DNA of 64,000 nucleotides from an uncultured Chloroflexia bacterium (GTDB lineage Bacteria; Chloroflexota; Limnocylindria; Limnocylindrales; CSP1-4): positions 874,692 to 938,691 of the forward strand of contig CAVSXG010000002.1 of assembly GCA_963731865.1 (NCBI GenBank), written 5' to 3'. This document shows positions 20,695 to 32,695 of the stretch, piece by piece. The position numbers were made by a program, and so were the translations under genes. Below the pieces are notes generated by a model. It did no database searches. It had not been told where the DNA came from and was given only the letters and a program-made list of their open reading frames with translations. How positions within the stretch are numbered: the first letter of the stretch is position 1; each line of letters begins with the position of its first letter.

Positions 20695-21402
20695 TCAGGC
20701 GCCCGGAGTGGGCCGGGCGAGGTGGGCGAAGAACTCGGCTCGGGTCCGGTCCCGGGTCCGGAAGAGCCCAAGGACGGACGAGGTCGTCATGATCGTGCCG
20801 GGCTTGCGGACGCCGCGCATCACCGCGCACAGGTGCGTCGCCTCGAGGACGACGCCGACGCCCTGCGGGGCAAGGCGATCCTGCAGGAACTCGGCGATCT
20901 GCTGGGTCAGCCGCTCCTGCACCTGGAGTCGTCGTGCGTACATCTCGACGATGCGGGGGATCTTTGACAGGCCGATCACGCTCCCGCGAGGGATGTAGGC
21001 GACGGACGCCGTCCCGAAGAACGGCAGCAGGTGGTGCTCGCACAACGAATAGAACGGGACGTCCTTGACGACGACCATCTCGCTGTACGCGATGTCGAAG
21101 ATCGCGCCGTGGATGAGTCGCTCTGGATCGACGTGGTAGCCCGCCGTCAGCTCGGTATACATCCGGTGGACGCGATCCGGCGTACCGGCAAGCCCCTGGC
21201 GGTCCGCGTCCTCGCCGATCTCGGTCAGGATCTCGCGAACCGCCGCCTCGACCCGACCGTTGCCCGCGTTGGGTTCGCCGGCACGCGGGTCCGCGTGCGA
21301 GCCGGCGATGTCGTCGAGGTCGACATCGGTCTCGCCCATCTCGGACTCGATCTCATCCACGAGGCGGCGGACGTTCGGCGGGAGGTCGGTGTGGCTGGTC
21401 AC
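20695..21402 (-). CDS. folE: GTP cyclohydrolase I
   Basis: [29 protein letters not shown]...[11 protein letters not shown]...LQVQERLT...HLCAVMRGV. Confidence 0.93.
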   Translation of the reverse strand: MTSHTDLPPNVRRLVDEIESEMGETDVDLDDIAGSHADPRAGEPNAGNGRVEAAVREILTEIGEDADRQGLAGTPDRVHRMYTELTAGYHVDPERLIHGAIFDIAYSEMVVVKDVPFYSLCEHHLLPFFGTASVAYIPRGSVIGLSKIPRIVEMYARRLQVQERLTQQIAEFLQDRLAPQGVGVVLEATHLCAVMRGVRKPGTIMTTSSVLGLFRTRDRTRAEFFAHLARPTPGA

Positions 21403-21409
21403 GACGTTG

Positions 21410-21967
21410 ATGCTCCTTGCGCGTTGCGATCGTACGCCAGCCGCTCGATATCCTTCTCCCGTGGCCCACCCTCGTGTCGATCAGCTCCGCTTCGCACGTG
21501 CGGAGTGGCTTCGCGGTCTGGAGGGCCTGTCCGAGGAGGACGCGGCCGTTCGTCTGGAGCCGATGAACTCGATCTCGTGGATGGTCGGTCACATGGCCTG
21601 GCACGAGCGACAGGTCTGGTACCGGCGCGCTCGCGGTCTGAAGGTCGAGCCGATCCTCGACGCATTCGCGACCGGTCAGCCCGCGTCCATCCCGTCGCTG
21701 GCGGCGATGAAGGCGGCCTGGGACCGGATCGTTGCCGGCGCGGATCCGTATCTCGACAACCTCACCACGACCGAATTCGAGCAGCGACCGCCCCACGATC
21801 CCCGCCCGAACCCACCGATCATCGGCAGCCAGGTCCAGTACGTGACCTATCACTACTGGTCCCACATCGGCGAGGTCTCGGCGGTCCGCCAGATCCTCGG
21901 GCATCCCGACCTGGCGCAGTACGTGGGTGATTTCCCGCCGGAGGCCGAGTACCGCCGCGAGTTCTGA
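21410..21967 (+). CDS. DinB-family protein
   Basis: [18 protein letters not shown]...[18 protein letters not shown]. Start uncertain (ATG 21410 or GTG 21461). The longer ORF overlaps the divergent folE. Confidence 0.75.
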   Translation: MLLARCDRTPAARYPSPVAHPRVDQLRFARAEWLRGLEGLSEEDAAVRLEPMNSISWMVGHMAWHERQVWYRRARGLKVEPILDAFATGQPASIPSLAAMKAAWDRIVAGADPYLDNLTTTEFEQRPPHDPRPNPPIIGSQVQYVTYHYWSHIGEVSAVRQILGHPDLAQYVGDFPPEAEYRREF

Positions 21968-22008
21968 GGTCGGGGTACGTGGCGGCCCTCCCGGAGGCGG
22001 CCCGTTGC

Positions 22009-22707
22009 CTACCCGCTCCGGCCCCGCCGCGACAGGTAGTCGTGCCAGAACAGCCGGGCTGCGACGGACCGCCAGGGCCGCCAGGCCGCACCAAGCGACA
22101 GCATCTCGGCCGCATCGGGCCGATGCCCGAGCCCCTTGACCTCCCCGACGGCCGCTTCGAGCGCGATGTCGCCGGCGGGCCAGACATCCGGCCTTCCGAG
22201 CACCATCAGCAGGTAGATCGTGGACGTCCACGGTCCGATCCCGGACACCGCCTGGAGCGCATCGTGGACGGCCTGATCGTCGAGCGCGCCCAGCGCGTCG
22301 AGGTCGAGCGCGCCGGACCGGATCGCAGTGGCGAGTCCACGCCCGTAGCGCGCCTTCTGCCGGCTGAACCCGACCTGCAGCAGCTCCTCGTCCGAGAGCT
22401 CGAGGAATCGCTCGGGCGACAGCGGGTCGGCCACGGCACGGAGCCGGTCGAACGCCGCACGAGCCGACGCAAGAGACACCTGCTGCTCGAGGATGATGTG
22501 GAGCAGCGTGGCAAAGCCGGGCTCGCGGTCCCACAGCGGCGGCGGTCCGTACCGGGCGACGATGCCGGCGATGTCCGGGTCCCGGGCCGCGAGCTCCGCC
22601 ACGGCGTTGGCCAGGCTTTCTTCAGTGAGAGAAGCGCCGCTGGCCAGGACCGGTGGCGCCGGATTCACCGAGGGCGCACCCAGTACGTCATCCGGCAACG
22701 GCTCCAT
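22009..22707 (-). CDS. HhH-GPD DNA glycosylase (AlkA / 3-methyladenine glycosylase II-like)
   Basis: LLHIILEQQVSLASARAAFDRL, GFSRQKARY, VSGIGPWTSTIYLLMVLGRPDVWPAGDIAL. Confidence 0.85.
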   Translation of the reverse strand: MEPLPDDVLGAPSVNPAPPVLASGASLTEESLANAVAELAARDPDIAGIVARYGPPPLWDREPGFATLLHIILEQQVSLASARAAFDRLRAVADPLSPERFLELSDEELLQVGFSRQKARYGRGLATAIRSGALDLDALGALDDQAVHDALQAVSGIGPWTSTIYLLMVLGRPDVWPAGDIALEAAVGEVKGLGHRPDAAEMLSLGAAWRPWRSVAARLFWHDYLSRRGRSG

Positions 22708-23806
22708 GCTCCCCAAAGCCAGCCGACGGCATCGGATCGAAGGTGCGACCCTCGGCGCCGCGCAGCCAGGCCCGCGCGTTCTCGCCAAGCGACGGTCGGT
22801 GGTAGCCGCCTTCCTGCAACACGACGAGGCGCCGGCCGGTGGCCGCCGTACGCCGGCCGACCTCGTGATAGACCTCCGTGGTCAACGCGAAGTCGCCGAT
22901 GGGATCGAGCCCGTACGTGTCGAACCCGAGCGAAACGACGATGACAGAGCCCGGCACCGCGAGGATCGCCTCGAGCGCCCGATCGGTCGCAGCAAGGTAG
23001 TCCTCGTTGGTCGCCCCGCCTCGCAATGGGATGTTCAGGTTCTCGCCGGTTCCTGCTCCCTCCCCGATCTCGTCGGCCCGCCCCAGGAAATACGGGTAGG
23101 CGCGATCCGGATCGGCATGGATCGACACGTACCGCACGTCACCCCGGGTCCAGAAGATCTGCTGCGTCCCGTTGCCATGGTGGTAGTCCACGTCGAAGAT
23201 CGCGACGCGCTCACCGGTGGACCGCACGATGGCCTCGGCCGCGATCGCCGCGTTGTTGAAGAAGCAGTACCCGCCGTACATCGATCGCGCCGAATGATGG
23301 CCAGGCGGCCGGCAGAGCCCATAGGCGGCGTTCGCCCCGCCCAGGACCAGGTCGGCCGAGGTCAGGGCCACGTCAACGGCCGCCAGGGCGGCGGTGTACG
23401 TCCCTGCGACGAGTGGTGCGGCGGAGTCGAGCCCCCAGTACCCAGCCCGGCCCGCCGCCTGCTCGGGTTCACGAACGAGGGTCGCGACTGCTTCGGGAGA
23501 CATGCCTTCGAACATGTTCCGGTTGGGGTAGGTGTCCGCCGTGAGGAACGGGCGGGCAAGCCCCTGGCGGCGGACCTCGGACCAGGCGACCTCCAGGAAC
23601 CGGACCAGCCCCGGATCGTGGACCGCGGTGATCGGCTCTTCGCCGTGAGCGGTCGGTTCCAGGAAGGTGAAGCCGCCGTCCGCGTCGAGCGCCGACCGGA
23701 TCTTCTCGGCCCGTTCCGCCACCTCGTTGGCCGGGATGGGCACGCCCATGAACGTCTCGACCGTGATGTCGTGTGCCAGGTGGGCCGGCGTGTAGACAAC
23801 CTGCAT
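22688..23806 (-). CDS. histone deacetylase-family amidohydrolase (acetylpolyamine/acetoin-utilisation type)
   Basis: 372 aa, RPPGHHS, GYCFFNNAAIAA, FDVDYHHGNGTQQIFW, EGGY. Confidence 0.9.
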   Translation of the reverse strand: MQVVYTPAHLAHDITVETFMGVPIPANEVAERAEKIRSALDADGGFTFLEPTAHGEEPITAVHDPGLVRFLEVAWSEVRRQGLARPFLTADTYPNRNMFEGMSPEAVATLVREPEQAAGRAGYWGLDSAAPLVAGTYTAALAAVDVALTSADLVLGGANAAYGLCRPPGHHSARSMYGGYCFFNNAAIAAEAIVRSTGERVAIFDVDYHHGNGTQQIFWTRGDVRYVSIHADPDRAYPYFLGRADEIGEGAGTGENLNIPLRGGATNEDYLAATDRALEAILAVPGSVIVVSLGFDTYGLDPIGDFALTTEVYHEVGRRTAATGRRLVVLQEGGYHRPSLGENARAWLRGAEGRTFDPMPSAGFGEHGAVAG

Positions 23807-23816
23807 GCGAGCGCCT

Positions 23817-24722
23817 CTATCGGGACGGTTCGGCGATCGACCGGATCGCCGCGCTGACCGCGTCAGGACGGTAGCGCATCAGGTTGTGCCCGGCGTGCCC
23901 GAATGACTCGACCCGGATCGCGTCGCGGCCAGCCACGGTGCGCGCGGCCGACGTGGCAGCGAGCTCCTGGGCGCGGATGCCATCCTCGTCGTCACCGGCC
24001 TGAAGGGCGACAACGGGCGCGGATACCCCTGCCAGCGTGGTCGCCGGGTCGAAGTCGAACATCGCCCGAACGCTGCCTTCCAGAGCGTGCGGACGCGTCG
24101 CCAGGACGACCTTGCCGGCGTGCGTCTCGACCACCGTGGCCCGGGCCGCGGCCTCCTGGTCGGCGTCCCAGGACGGCGGGTCGAAGTTCGCGCGGTCGGC
24201 GAGGAACGCGGTCATCGAACGCAGGACTTCGGGCGGTTCGTCCAGGTTGCGAAGGAACTCGTCGATGTCCATGCCGCTCGTCGCCTCGATCGACTCCCAC
24301 CCGCCATCGACAAGCGCAAGCCCAGCGCAACGCCTGTCGAGGACCGCCGCCGCCCAGGCGGCGACGATCGCACCGAACCCATGACCCGCCAGGACGACCC
24401 GATCGTCTGGGGTCGAGAGCAGCCCAGAGCCTTCGGCAACCGCGAGGACATCGGCCGTGAAGCCCGACGGGTCATACCCGGTCGTGGGGGCGTCGGACAG
24501 GCCGTGCCCGCGCAGGTCCATCGCGACCACGTGCCGCGCGGATCGAAGCCGGCGCGCCACCGGCGTCCACGACCACGCGGTATTGGACAACCCATGGATG
24601 AGCAGGACACCGGGGTCCCCCGTCCCGCCCCAGTCGAGGAAGTGGATACGGTCACCCGGAGCGACCTCCACGACGAACCCGGCCGGCTCCGCCACGGGAT
24701 CGGGCGGCGGTACGGTCGTCAT
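23817..24722 (-). CDS. alpha/beta-fold hydrolase
   Basis: ATG 24722: MTTVPPPD...IHFLDWGGTGDPGVLLIHGLSNTAWSW...VLAGHGFGA nucleophile elbow...GHAGHNLM. The upstream part of the 581-aa ORF is Arg/Ser-rich junk. Confidence 0.88.
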   Translation of the reverse strand: MTTVPPPDPVAEPAGFVVEVAPGDRIHFLDWGGTGDPGVLLIHGLSNTAWSWTPVARRLRSARHVVAMDLRGHGLSDAPTTGYDPSGFTADVLAVAEGSGLLSTPDDRVVLAGHGFGAIVAAWAAAVLDRRCAGLALVDGGWESIEATSGMDIDEFLRNLDEPPEVLRSMTAFLADRANFDPPSWDADQEAAARATVVETHAGKVVLATRPHALEGSVRAMFDFDPATTLAGVSAPVVALQAGDDEDGIRAQELAATSAARTVAGRDAIRVESFGHAGHNLMRYRPDAVSAAIRSIAEPSR

Positions 24723-24743
24723 CGCTCGTAGGATACGGGCGCC

Positions 24744-25160
24744 ATGGCCAAGCGCCGCCGCGGCGCCCGCAGCGCCGGCGCCCGAGCTCGACCCAGCCGC
24801 CACCGACCCTTCGAGTCGCTCGTCGAGCTCGCGCTCGCGTCGATCCCGGAGCCGTTTGCCAGCGCGCTCGACGAGGTCGCAATCGTCATCGATGACGAGC
24901 CGACCGCGGACCAGCGGCGCGAGAACGAGATCGAGGACGGCGACACGTTGTACGGCCTCTACGAGGGCGTTCCACGCACGGCGTGGGGTGCCGACTGGGC
25001 GGCCATGCCAAACCGGATCATCCTGTTCCGCCTGCCGCTCGAAGCCGACTTCGCGGATCCGGACGAGCTCGCCGACGAGGTCTGGGCCACGGTCGTCCAT
25101 GAGCTGGCCCACCACCTGGGCATCGACGACGCCCGTCTCGAGGAGCTCGGGATCGACTGA
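24744..25160 (+). CDS. zinc metallopeptidase-like protein (DUF1025/zincin-like)
   Basis: 138 aa, LYGLYEGVP...NRIILFRLPLE...VVHELAHHLGIDD (HExxH). Confidence 0.8.
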   Translation: MAKRRRGARSAGARARPSRHRPFESLVELALASIPEPFASALDEVAIVIDDEPTADQRRENEIEDGDTLYGLYEGVPRTAWGADWAAMPNRIILFRLPLEADFADPDELADEVWATVVHELAHHLGIDDARLEELGID

Positions 25161-25179
25161 TCCAGCGGAGCGGTCGCGG

Positions 25180-26223
25180 TCAGCTCGCTCCGGGAAACGA
25201 GCCGGCGTCCGCCAGGAGCTGGCCAATTCGGGTGACCTCGACGTTGCCACCGGAGAGCACGACGGCGACGCGCTCGCCATCCTCGATCGGGATTCGGCCG
25301 GCGAGGACCGCCGCCAGCGCGGCCGCCCCGGCGGGTTCGAGGACCTGCTTGAGGCGTTCCATGCCGAAACGCATCCCGGCCAGGATCGTCGGGTCGTCGA
25401 GCAGGATGATGTCGTCGAGGTACCGCTGCGCCATTGCCAGTGTCCAGGCGCCGGCAAACGGCGCGCCGAGCCCGTCGGCGACGCTCTCGGGCTGGACCTG
25501 GACGATCTCGTTGCGCTCGATGGCAAGGCTGACCGCGTTGGATCGGCTCGGTTCGACGCCATACACGCGGATCCCTGGGCGGCGTTCCTTGAGCGCCGCG
25601 GCGACGCCCGAGATCAGACCCCCGCCGCCGACGCCGACCACGACGACGTCGAGTTCGGGCTGGTCCTCCAGCAGCTCGAGGCCAATCGAACCATGCCCGG
25701 CGATGACGGCTGGGTCATCGAACGGATGCACGAAGCGCAGACCCTCCTCGTCGCGGATCCGCTCCATCTCGGCGAAGGTCTCCCCGACATGGGCGCCATG
25801 CAGGACGACCCGCGCGCCATAGCCGAGACAGGCATCGACCTTGGACCGCACGGCACCGGCGGGCATGACCACCGTGACCTTGACCCCTGCCGAGCGTCCC
25901 GCCCAGGCATACGCCTGCCCGGCGTTGCCCGCCGACAGGGTGATGACACCGCGCGAACGCTCGGCATCGTCGAGCGTGGCGATCCGGTTGGTCATGCCCC
26001 GCGGCTTGAAGGACCCGGTTTTCTGGAGGTGTTCCGGCTTGAGGTAGAGCCGGTCGTCGGCGATGGTCGCGCCGGTCGCTGCCTTGATCCAGGCGGCGGC
26101 CGTTGCCGAGGTCAGGAGCGTCGTCCGATGGACACGCCCGGCGATCCGGTCGCGTGCCGCCACGATATCGGCAAGCGGGACGATGTGATCGGCGGATTCG
26201 GGCACGCGCGCCGAGTATGGCAT
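25180..26223 (-). CDS. PLP-dependent threonine ammonia-lyase (threonine dehydratase, short form)
   Basis: 347 aa, KPEHLQKTGSFKPRG (PLP Lys), SAGNAGQA, GVGGGGLISG. Confidence 0.9.
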   Translation of the reverse strand: MPYSARVPESADHIVPLADIVAARDRIAGRVHRTTLLTSATAAAWIKAATGATIADDRLYLKPEHLQKTGSFKPRGMTNRIATLDDAERSRGVITLSAGNAGQAYAWAGRSAGVKVTVVMPAGAVRSKVDACLGYGARVVLHGAHVGETFAEMERIRDEEGLRFVHPFDDPAVIAGHGSIGLELLEDQPELDVVVVGVGGGGLISGVAAALKERRPGIRVYGVEPSRSNAVSLAIERNEIVQVQPESVADGLGAPFAGAWTLAMAQRYLDDIILLDDPTILAGMRFGMERLKQVLEPAGAAALAAVLAGRIPIEDGERVAVVLSGGNVEVTRIGQLLADAGSFPGAS

Positions 26224-26355
26224 CGGCGGAATCTGGTGGTCACGGGGCTAACTTGCGTGCTTGCGCAAGCAGTGATATCGTGATCTGGATGTTGGATCAG
26301 GTGACCGTCACGGCCGATCGTTTCCGCCGAGCCCGAACGGCAGCGCTACGCGGCG

Positions 26356-26601
26356 GTGGGGCGTGCGCTGGCGGATCCGAAACGGCTCTGCGTTCTCGAA
26401 TCGCTCGCCTCGGGGGAGCTGTCGGTCGGTGATCTGAGCCTGCTCGTCGGGTGCCAGATCCCGAACATGAGCCAGCATCTCGCGGTCCTGCGGACCGCCG
26501 GGCTGGTGACGACCCGGCGCGACGGAAGCACCGTCTTCTATCGGCTCGCGGACCCACGGGTCCTCGAGGCGTATCGATTGATCCAGGATATCGCCCGCTA
26601 G
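26356..26601 (+). CDS. ArsR/SmtB-family transcriptional regulator
   Basis: GTG start. ALADPKRLCVLESLASGELSVGDLSLLVGCQIPNMSQHLAVLRTAGLVTTRRDGSTVFYRL. Confidence 0.88.
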   Translation: MGRALADPKRLCVLESLASGELSVGDLSLLVGCQIPNMSQHLAVLRTAGLVTTRRDGSTVFYRLADPRVLEAYRLIQDIAR

Positions 26602-26629
26602 GGCGCACAGAGGAAAGGGACCGAAGCCG

Positions 26630-26974
26630 ATGGCGGAGATCAGGGTCGCGACCGACGCGAATTTCGAGGAGCTCGTCCTCAAGTCGGAGCGCCCGGTTGT
26701 CGTCGACTTCTGGGCGGCGTGGTGTGGGCCGTGCAAGATGGTCGCGCCCGAGATGGAGAAGCTCGCCGCGAAGTACGACGGCTCCGTGGACGTGGTCAAG
26801 GTCGACGTTGACGCCAACCCGGGCCTGTCCCAGGCGTTCAACATCCTGAGCATCCCCACGATCGCCTACTTCAAGCCGGGCAAGCAGCCGCAGGGCGTCG
26901 TCGGGTTCCGCCCGCTCGAGCAGCTCGAGCAGACGTTCGGTCTCGCCGAGTTCGCGACCGTCAGCGCCGACTGA
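26630..26974 (+). CDS. trxA: thioredoxin
   Basis: 114 aa, VVVDFWAAWCGPCKMVAP, SIPTIAYFKPG. Confidence 0.95.
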   Translation: MAEIRVATDANFEELVLKSERPVVVDFWAAWCGPCKMVAPEMEKLAAKYDGSVDVVKVDVDANPGLSQAFNILSIPTIAYFKPGKQPQGVVGFRPLEQLEQTFGLAEFATVSAD

Positions 26975-26999
26975 TACGCAAGCACGCACGCACAACGAC

Positions 27000-27025
27000 G
27001 ACCCCGGCTCGGCCGGGGTCGTTTT
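27000..27025 (+). terminator. intrinsic terminator after trxA
   Basis: GACCCCGGC-TCG-GCCGGGGTC perfect 9-bp stem followed by GTTTTGATT. Confidence 0.85.
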
Positions 27026-27482
27026 GATTCACGGGAGCGCGGCGCCTACGTGCAGGTCCGAGACGCTTTCCTGCCATACCTGCTTGAGGTGCGCATTGCG
27101 CGCGCTGCAAGCCCGTGGACCTGTCGAGGCACTGCATGCCTATGCGGGCAACCTGCATGACCCTGCGTGAAGGACGCGCATCGCCGACTAGTCATGCATT
27201 AAGGCCCGCTCGAGGCTCAGCGATCAAGGCCAAAGGTTCGCATGGTGGACTTTTGGCAGGGTCGCGGCGCCTCTCGCCGGGATCGGCGGCGTTTGCTGGT
27301 CGGCCCGCGGCGCCCTGCCTTTCGATGGCTGGATCGGTGGCATTCCAATCGGCGAACGAGCGAGCCGGATCCTGGCCCTCCTTCGTCGAATGGACCGGTG
27401 GTGTACCGATCGACCGAACACCACTGCTGTCGGGGTCATTCCGTCGCCAATTGGCACGCGGATGGACCGGGCGCATGGCGCG

Positions 27483-27797
27483 TCACCCTTGGCTTTGCAG
27501 TTGTCCTCGGAAAGCAGAGAGAAACCACGCCCTCGCGCGGTCCTCCGCATGACCGTCCTGGACCCTGGGGCTGAATCGGACCCAGCCAGGACCTCGGTCG
27601 GAGGGTTCACAGTCGGGCGTCCGCGTGGCGGCCAAAGCGACTGCGCGGTCCAGCTCGAACTCGGCCGTCGATCCGTCGGAGCTGAGCGCCGCGAATGGCC
27701 GCCCGGCACGCGACCACGTGATCCCGCCCGGCTCCCGGCTGACGTCCATGTCGACCAGGTCCGCCCCCGCCTCCTCCAGCAACTCCCGAAGGCTCAC
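27483..27797 (-). CDS. hypothetical protein (104 aa)
   Basis: GTG 27797 overlaps the TGA of the upstream DinB-like gene (GTGA). Protein-like composition (ITWSRAGRPFAALSSDGSTAEFELDRAVALAA). Family not recognised. Confidence 0.55.
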   Translation of the reverse strand: MSLRELLEEAGADLVDMDVSREPGGITWSRAGRPFAALSSDGSTAEFELDRAVALAATRTPDCEPSDRGPGWVRFSPRVQDGHAEDRARAWFLSAFRGQLQSQG

Positions 27798-28276
27798 GCG
27801 CGTGCCGCCTCGAGCACCGCCTCCAGGTCCGCCCGGTGGTCCTCGTAATGTTCGGTCGTCTCCTCGAACAGGAAGCGGCGATGGTCCGCGTGCTTGAGCC
27901 AGCGCGTCTCGGGGACCACCGTCAGGTAGCCGCGCAGCTCCCCGGGCAGCGTGCGAAACCGCTCGCGGACGTCGGCCATGGAGCGGGCTGCCCAGTTGGC
28001 GTCGACCTCTGCATTGATCACGCGCCGTCGCGGCGCGTCCCAGTCCGCGTTGACCCGGGCCATGGTCGGGCTGGTCTCGTTGACGGCGAGCTCTGTGGCA
28101 ACCGCGACCGCGATCTCCTGGTACTCGAGCAAGTGCCCCATGAGGGTGCGTCCGGACCAGCCGTGGGCGGCAGCCAAGGGGACGGACAGCTGTTCGTCCG
28201 TCAGGGTCGCGAGCGCCTCGAACGGCGCCCAGGCGTCCCGCTCCTCTTCGAGGAACTCGAGTGCGTCGAGGTACAT
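27794..28276 (-). CDS. DinB-superfamily / maleylpyruvate-isomerase N-terminal-domain-like protein
   Basis: ATG 28276: MYLDALEFLEEERDAWAPFEAL...HGWSGRTLMGHLLEYQE...TTEHYEDHRADLEAVL. Confidence 0.7.
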   Translation of the reverse strand: MYLDALEFLEEERDAWAPFEALATLTDEQLSVPLAAAHGWSGRTLMGHLLEYQEIAVAVATELAVNETSPTMARVNADWDAPRRRVINAEVDANWAARSMADVRERFRTLPGELRGYLTVVPETRWLKHADHRRFLFEETTEHYEDHRADLEAVLEAARA

Positions 28277-28320
28277 GCGCGCAATGGTAGCGGGCAATGT
28301 TGGCGGGCTACACTCCGGGC

Positions 28321-30250
28321 ATGCCCAGCCGGTCGTCGGTGGTGCGGGCTCGCGCGGTCCATCGCCGGTCGGCCCGGTCGTCGAGAGCTCCGCGAGGAAC
28401 CAGCCGCCGTCCGCACCATCGGCGTCGTCTTCGTCCACGGAATCGGGACCCAACCCCCGCGCGAGACCCTCCTCAATTGGGCGAACCCGATCGTCGAGAT
28501 GCTGGCCGAGTGGCGCCGCGAGTACGACGAAGGCACCACGGACCCGACGCACACGATCGGCGAGGATCCGGTCGAAGCGGCCGGCATCGAGCGCGCCGAC
28601 GGATGGGATGAGCGGGCATGGGTCCGGCATCGCGATCCCGCGGACGGGCGCCGACCATCCCGCCGACCCGCTGGCTGCTGACCGAGGCGTACTGGGCCGG
28701 CCGGGTGCGCGCCCCCGCGTTCGGGCAGGCAATCCGCTACATCCAGAGCCACATCGGGTCGATCGTCCGCGGGATCACCGCCGGCTACGGCCTGCGCGAG
28801 GACATGCGAGCGCGACGGCTCAAGAAGATCATCGAGGAGGAGCCGCAGCCGTGGGACGAGCGGACGCCCAGGGAGATGGCGGAGCTCCAGCGGTCGGACA
28901 GCGATTCGCTGGCGATGGATCGACTCGCTCGATCGCATCTGGCAGGGACCCAGCTGGTTCGAGGCCTCCTCAGCGCGATCGCCACGGCGGCGAGCGTTCT
29001 CGCGCTCGCGATCTACGCGCCGTTCCGCGCGATCCCGATCAAGGCGATCCGCGAACGGGCTGAGCTGGCGAGCCTCGACGCCCAGCTGGTCAGCGCCTTT
29101 GGCGACCTGCCGGTCCTGCTCGACGATCCGGTCCAGGCGGCGATCGTCCGCGAGCGGCTGGCCGAGACGATCCGTTGGGTTCGAGATCGCGAGCTGCGAG
29201 GAGGTCGTGCTGATCGCGCATTCCGGCGGCGCGATCGTCAGCTATTCGACCCTCCTCGATGAGGCCTACCAGGACCTGCGTGGTGAACAAGCTCATCACG
29301 CTTGGCCAGGGACTCTCCCTCGGCTGGCGGCTGGAACAGACGACCGGTCCGTTCGTCGCCGGCAACCCGATCCGTGGGGATCTCGGTGCGGCGCGACCGG
29401 GCCTCCGCTGGGTCGACTTCTGGGCGTCCTACGATCCTGCGCCGGCCGGCCCGCTGAAGGCGGTCGACGACTGCCCGCTGGAGCGCGGTCGAGGCCGTCC
29501 TCGCAGGGTTGCCGGCGTCCCCGATCCAGGTCGAGAGCCGCCCGGTGACGAACCTGATGCACATGGGCGCGGATCACGATGGCTACTGGCGGAACGACGA
29601 GGGGTTCCTGGTCCCGCTGATCCGCCACATCGACGACCCTGGCGGGGACGGCTCGGCGTCGAGGTTCTACCGATCGCGACTCGATCGCGCCGTCCGGATC
29701 GAGCGGCGGCGCCGGCGGGTCGGTCTGCTGCTCGGCTGGCGGTGGGCATCATTCGCGGCCGGGGTCGCGGCAGTCATCCTGGCCCTGCTGCCCGGCGTCA
29801 CGCCTGGCGTCTCGCTCGCGACGAGCGGCGACGGCCTGGCGGGCGTGTGGTCGCGGATCCCGGCGCACGAGCTTGTCAGCGGCACGATCGACGGGTTCGG
29901 ATCGGTCATCGCACTCGGCCTCCGGTCGGTTGGCCTCCAGGCCGTCAACGACTGGCTGGTCTGGATTGGGCCGCAGGTCCTCGGCGCCCTGATCCCGATC
30001 CTCGCCGCGTTTGCGATCTATTCGCGCGGCGTCGGGCAGCTGGCGCTCCGCGGACGCCGCCGAGCGCCAGCAGATCCGGCGCGAACAGTTCGGTCCCGGG
30101 TGGACGCGCCTGGGCTCGCTCGGAGGCCATCGCTGCTGATCGGCGGGCTGCTCGCCCTCGTGATCGCGGCGCTTGCGGCCTCCCCTCGAGGTGCTACTCG
30201 GCTGGCTTGTCGCCGTCGCCGCCGCCGCGCTCGTGGTCCGTCGGACCTGA
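28321..30250 (+). pseudogene. lipase-like alpha/beta-hydrolase domain fused to a C-terminal multi-TM region; frame broken at least 5 times
   Basis: Coding signal hops between frames in this order. IGVVFVHGIGTQPPRETLLNWANPIVEMLAEW; IAIPRTGA; PPTRWLLTEAYWAGRVRAPAFGQAIRYIQ...LAIYAPF; EEVVLIAHSGGAIVSYSTLL (GxSxG-like); VVNKLITLGQGLSLGW...VDFWASYDPAP; VTNLMHMGADHDGYWRNDEGF...hydrophobic segments; VLLGWLVAVAAAALVVRRT stop at 30248-30250. Start codon is uncertain. Confidence 0.65.
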
Positions 30251-30257
30251 TCGACCG

Positions 30258-31957
<1,700 letters not shown>

Positions 31958-31995
31958 GTAGCCCAATCTAGCAGTCGTCGGCGCTCACGGGGCGA

Positions 31996-32695
31996 TCAAC
32001 GGTCCCCGAACGCCTCGATGGCCTCGGCGATCCGATCGTCAGGCAGGTCGTTGGTGACCACGACGTTGACGACGTCCGGGTCCGAGGCCGGCCAGACCAC
32101 GACCGTCTGGAGACGTTCGACCCGCTTGGCGTCGAGCCGTCGACCGGGTCGTCCGGCGATCGTCGGCTCCGTTTCAGCGAGAATCTCCGACGCGGGGTTC
32201 CGCGCGAGCGCTGTCGGCGTAGAAGTCGGCGACGTCGGCGGCATCGAGCCCCGCGGCGCTGAAGACGGCGAGGACCACGAGGCGCTCCGCCCCAAAGCTC
32301 CACCTCGCCCCGGCGAACCGGACCTCTTCGTACCCCCGCTCGGCGAGGAGGCCCAATGCCTCCGGGCTGCAATTCCGGCCCGAATCGACCGCTTCCGGCG
32401 CGGCGTCCCGATAGCTCGAGGGGACCCGGGCCTCGAGGTCCGGGTAGGCGCCGGGGACCGCGCCATCCGTGGTGCATGGGCCGGCAGGATCGAACGACGG
32501 CGCCGGTTCGCCGGCGCACGCGACGAGCCCGAGAATGACGGCCGCGAGCAGCAAGAAACGGCCGGGACGACGGGTGATCGGGGAGCACGCCGCCCAGCGT
32601 AGCCTCAACGCCCTCGGTGCGCCCCGGCGCCGCCGCGGTGCACCTCGGCACCTGGTACGTGCGTCCCGGTTCGGTGCGCCCGTGCGCCCGACCAT
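31996..32695 (-). pseudogene. putative lipoprotein, one frame break near 32180
   Basis: RRPGRFLLLAAVILGLVACAGEP (lipobox LVAC), continuing to ADFYADSARA. Then the frame of ORF 31996-32466 carries ASEILAETEPTIAGRPGRRLDAKRVERLQTVVVWPASDPDVVNVVVTNDL. True start is unclear. Confidence 0.6.

Noticed and set aside
27026-27610. RNase P RNA, tmRNA, SRP RNA or cobalamin riboswitch in the trxA-downstream gap
   Set aside because: There are partial look-alikes: GCAGAGAGAAACCACGCC versus the RNase P ACAGAGAGCAAACCGCC, CACCACTG versus the B12 GCCACTG, and AGCCAGGACCTCGG versus the B12 box. The universal cores are absent (GAGGAAAGTCCGGGC, ACAGAACCCGGC, GGTTCGATTCC...CCACCA). Two of the look-alikes fall inside the coding region of the gene at 27483-27797. 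No downstream plus-strand gene exists for a riboswitch.
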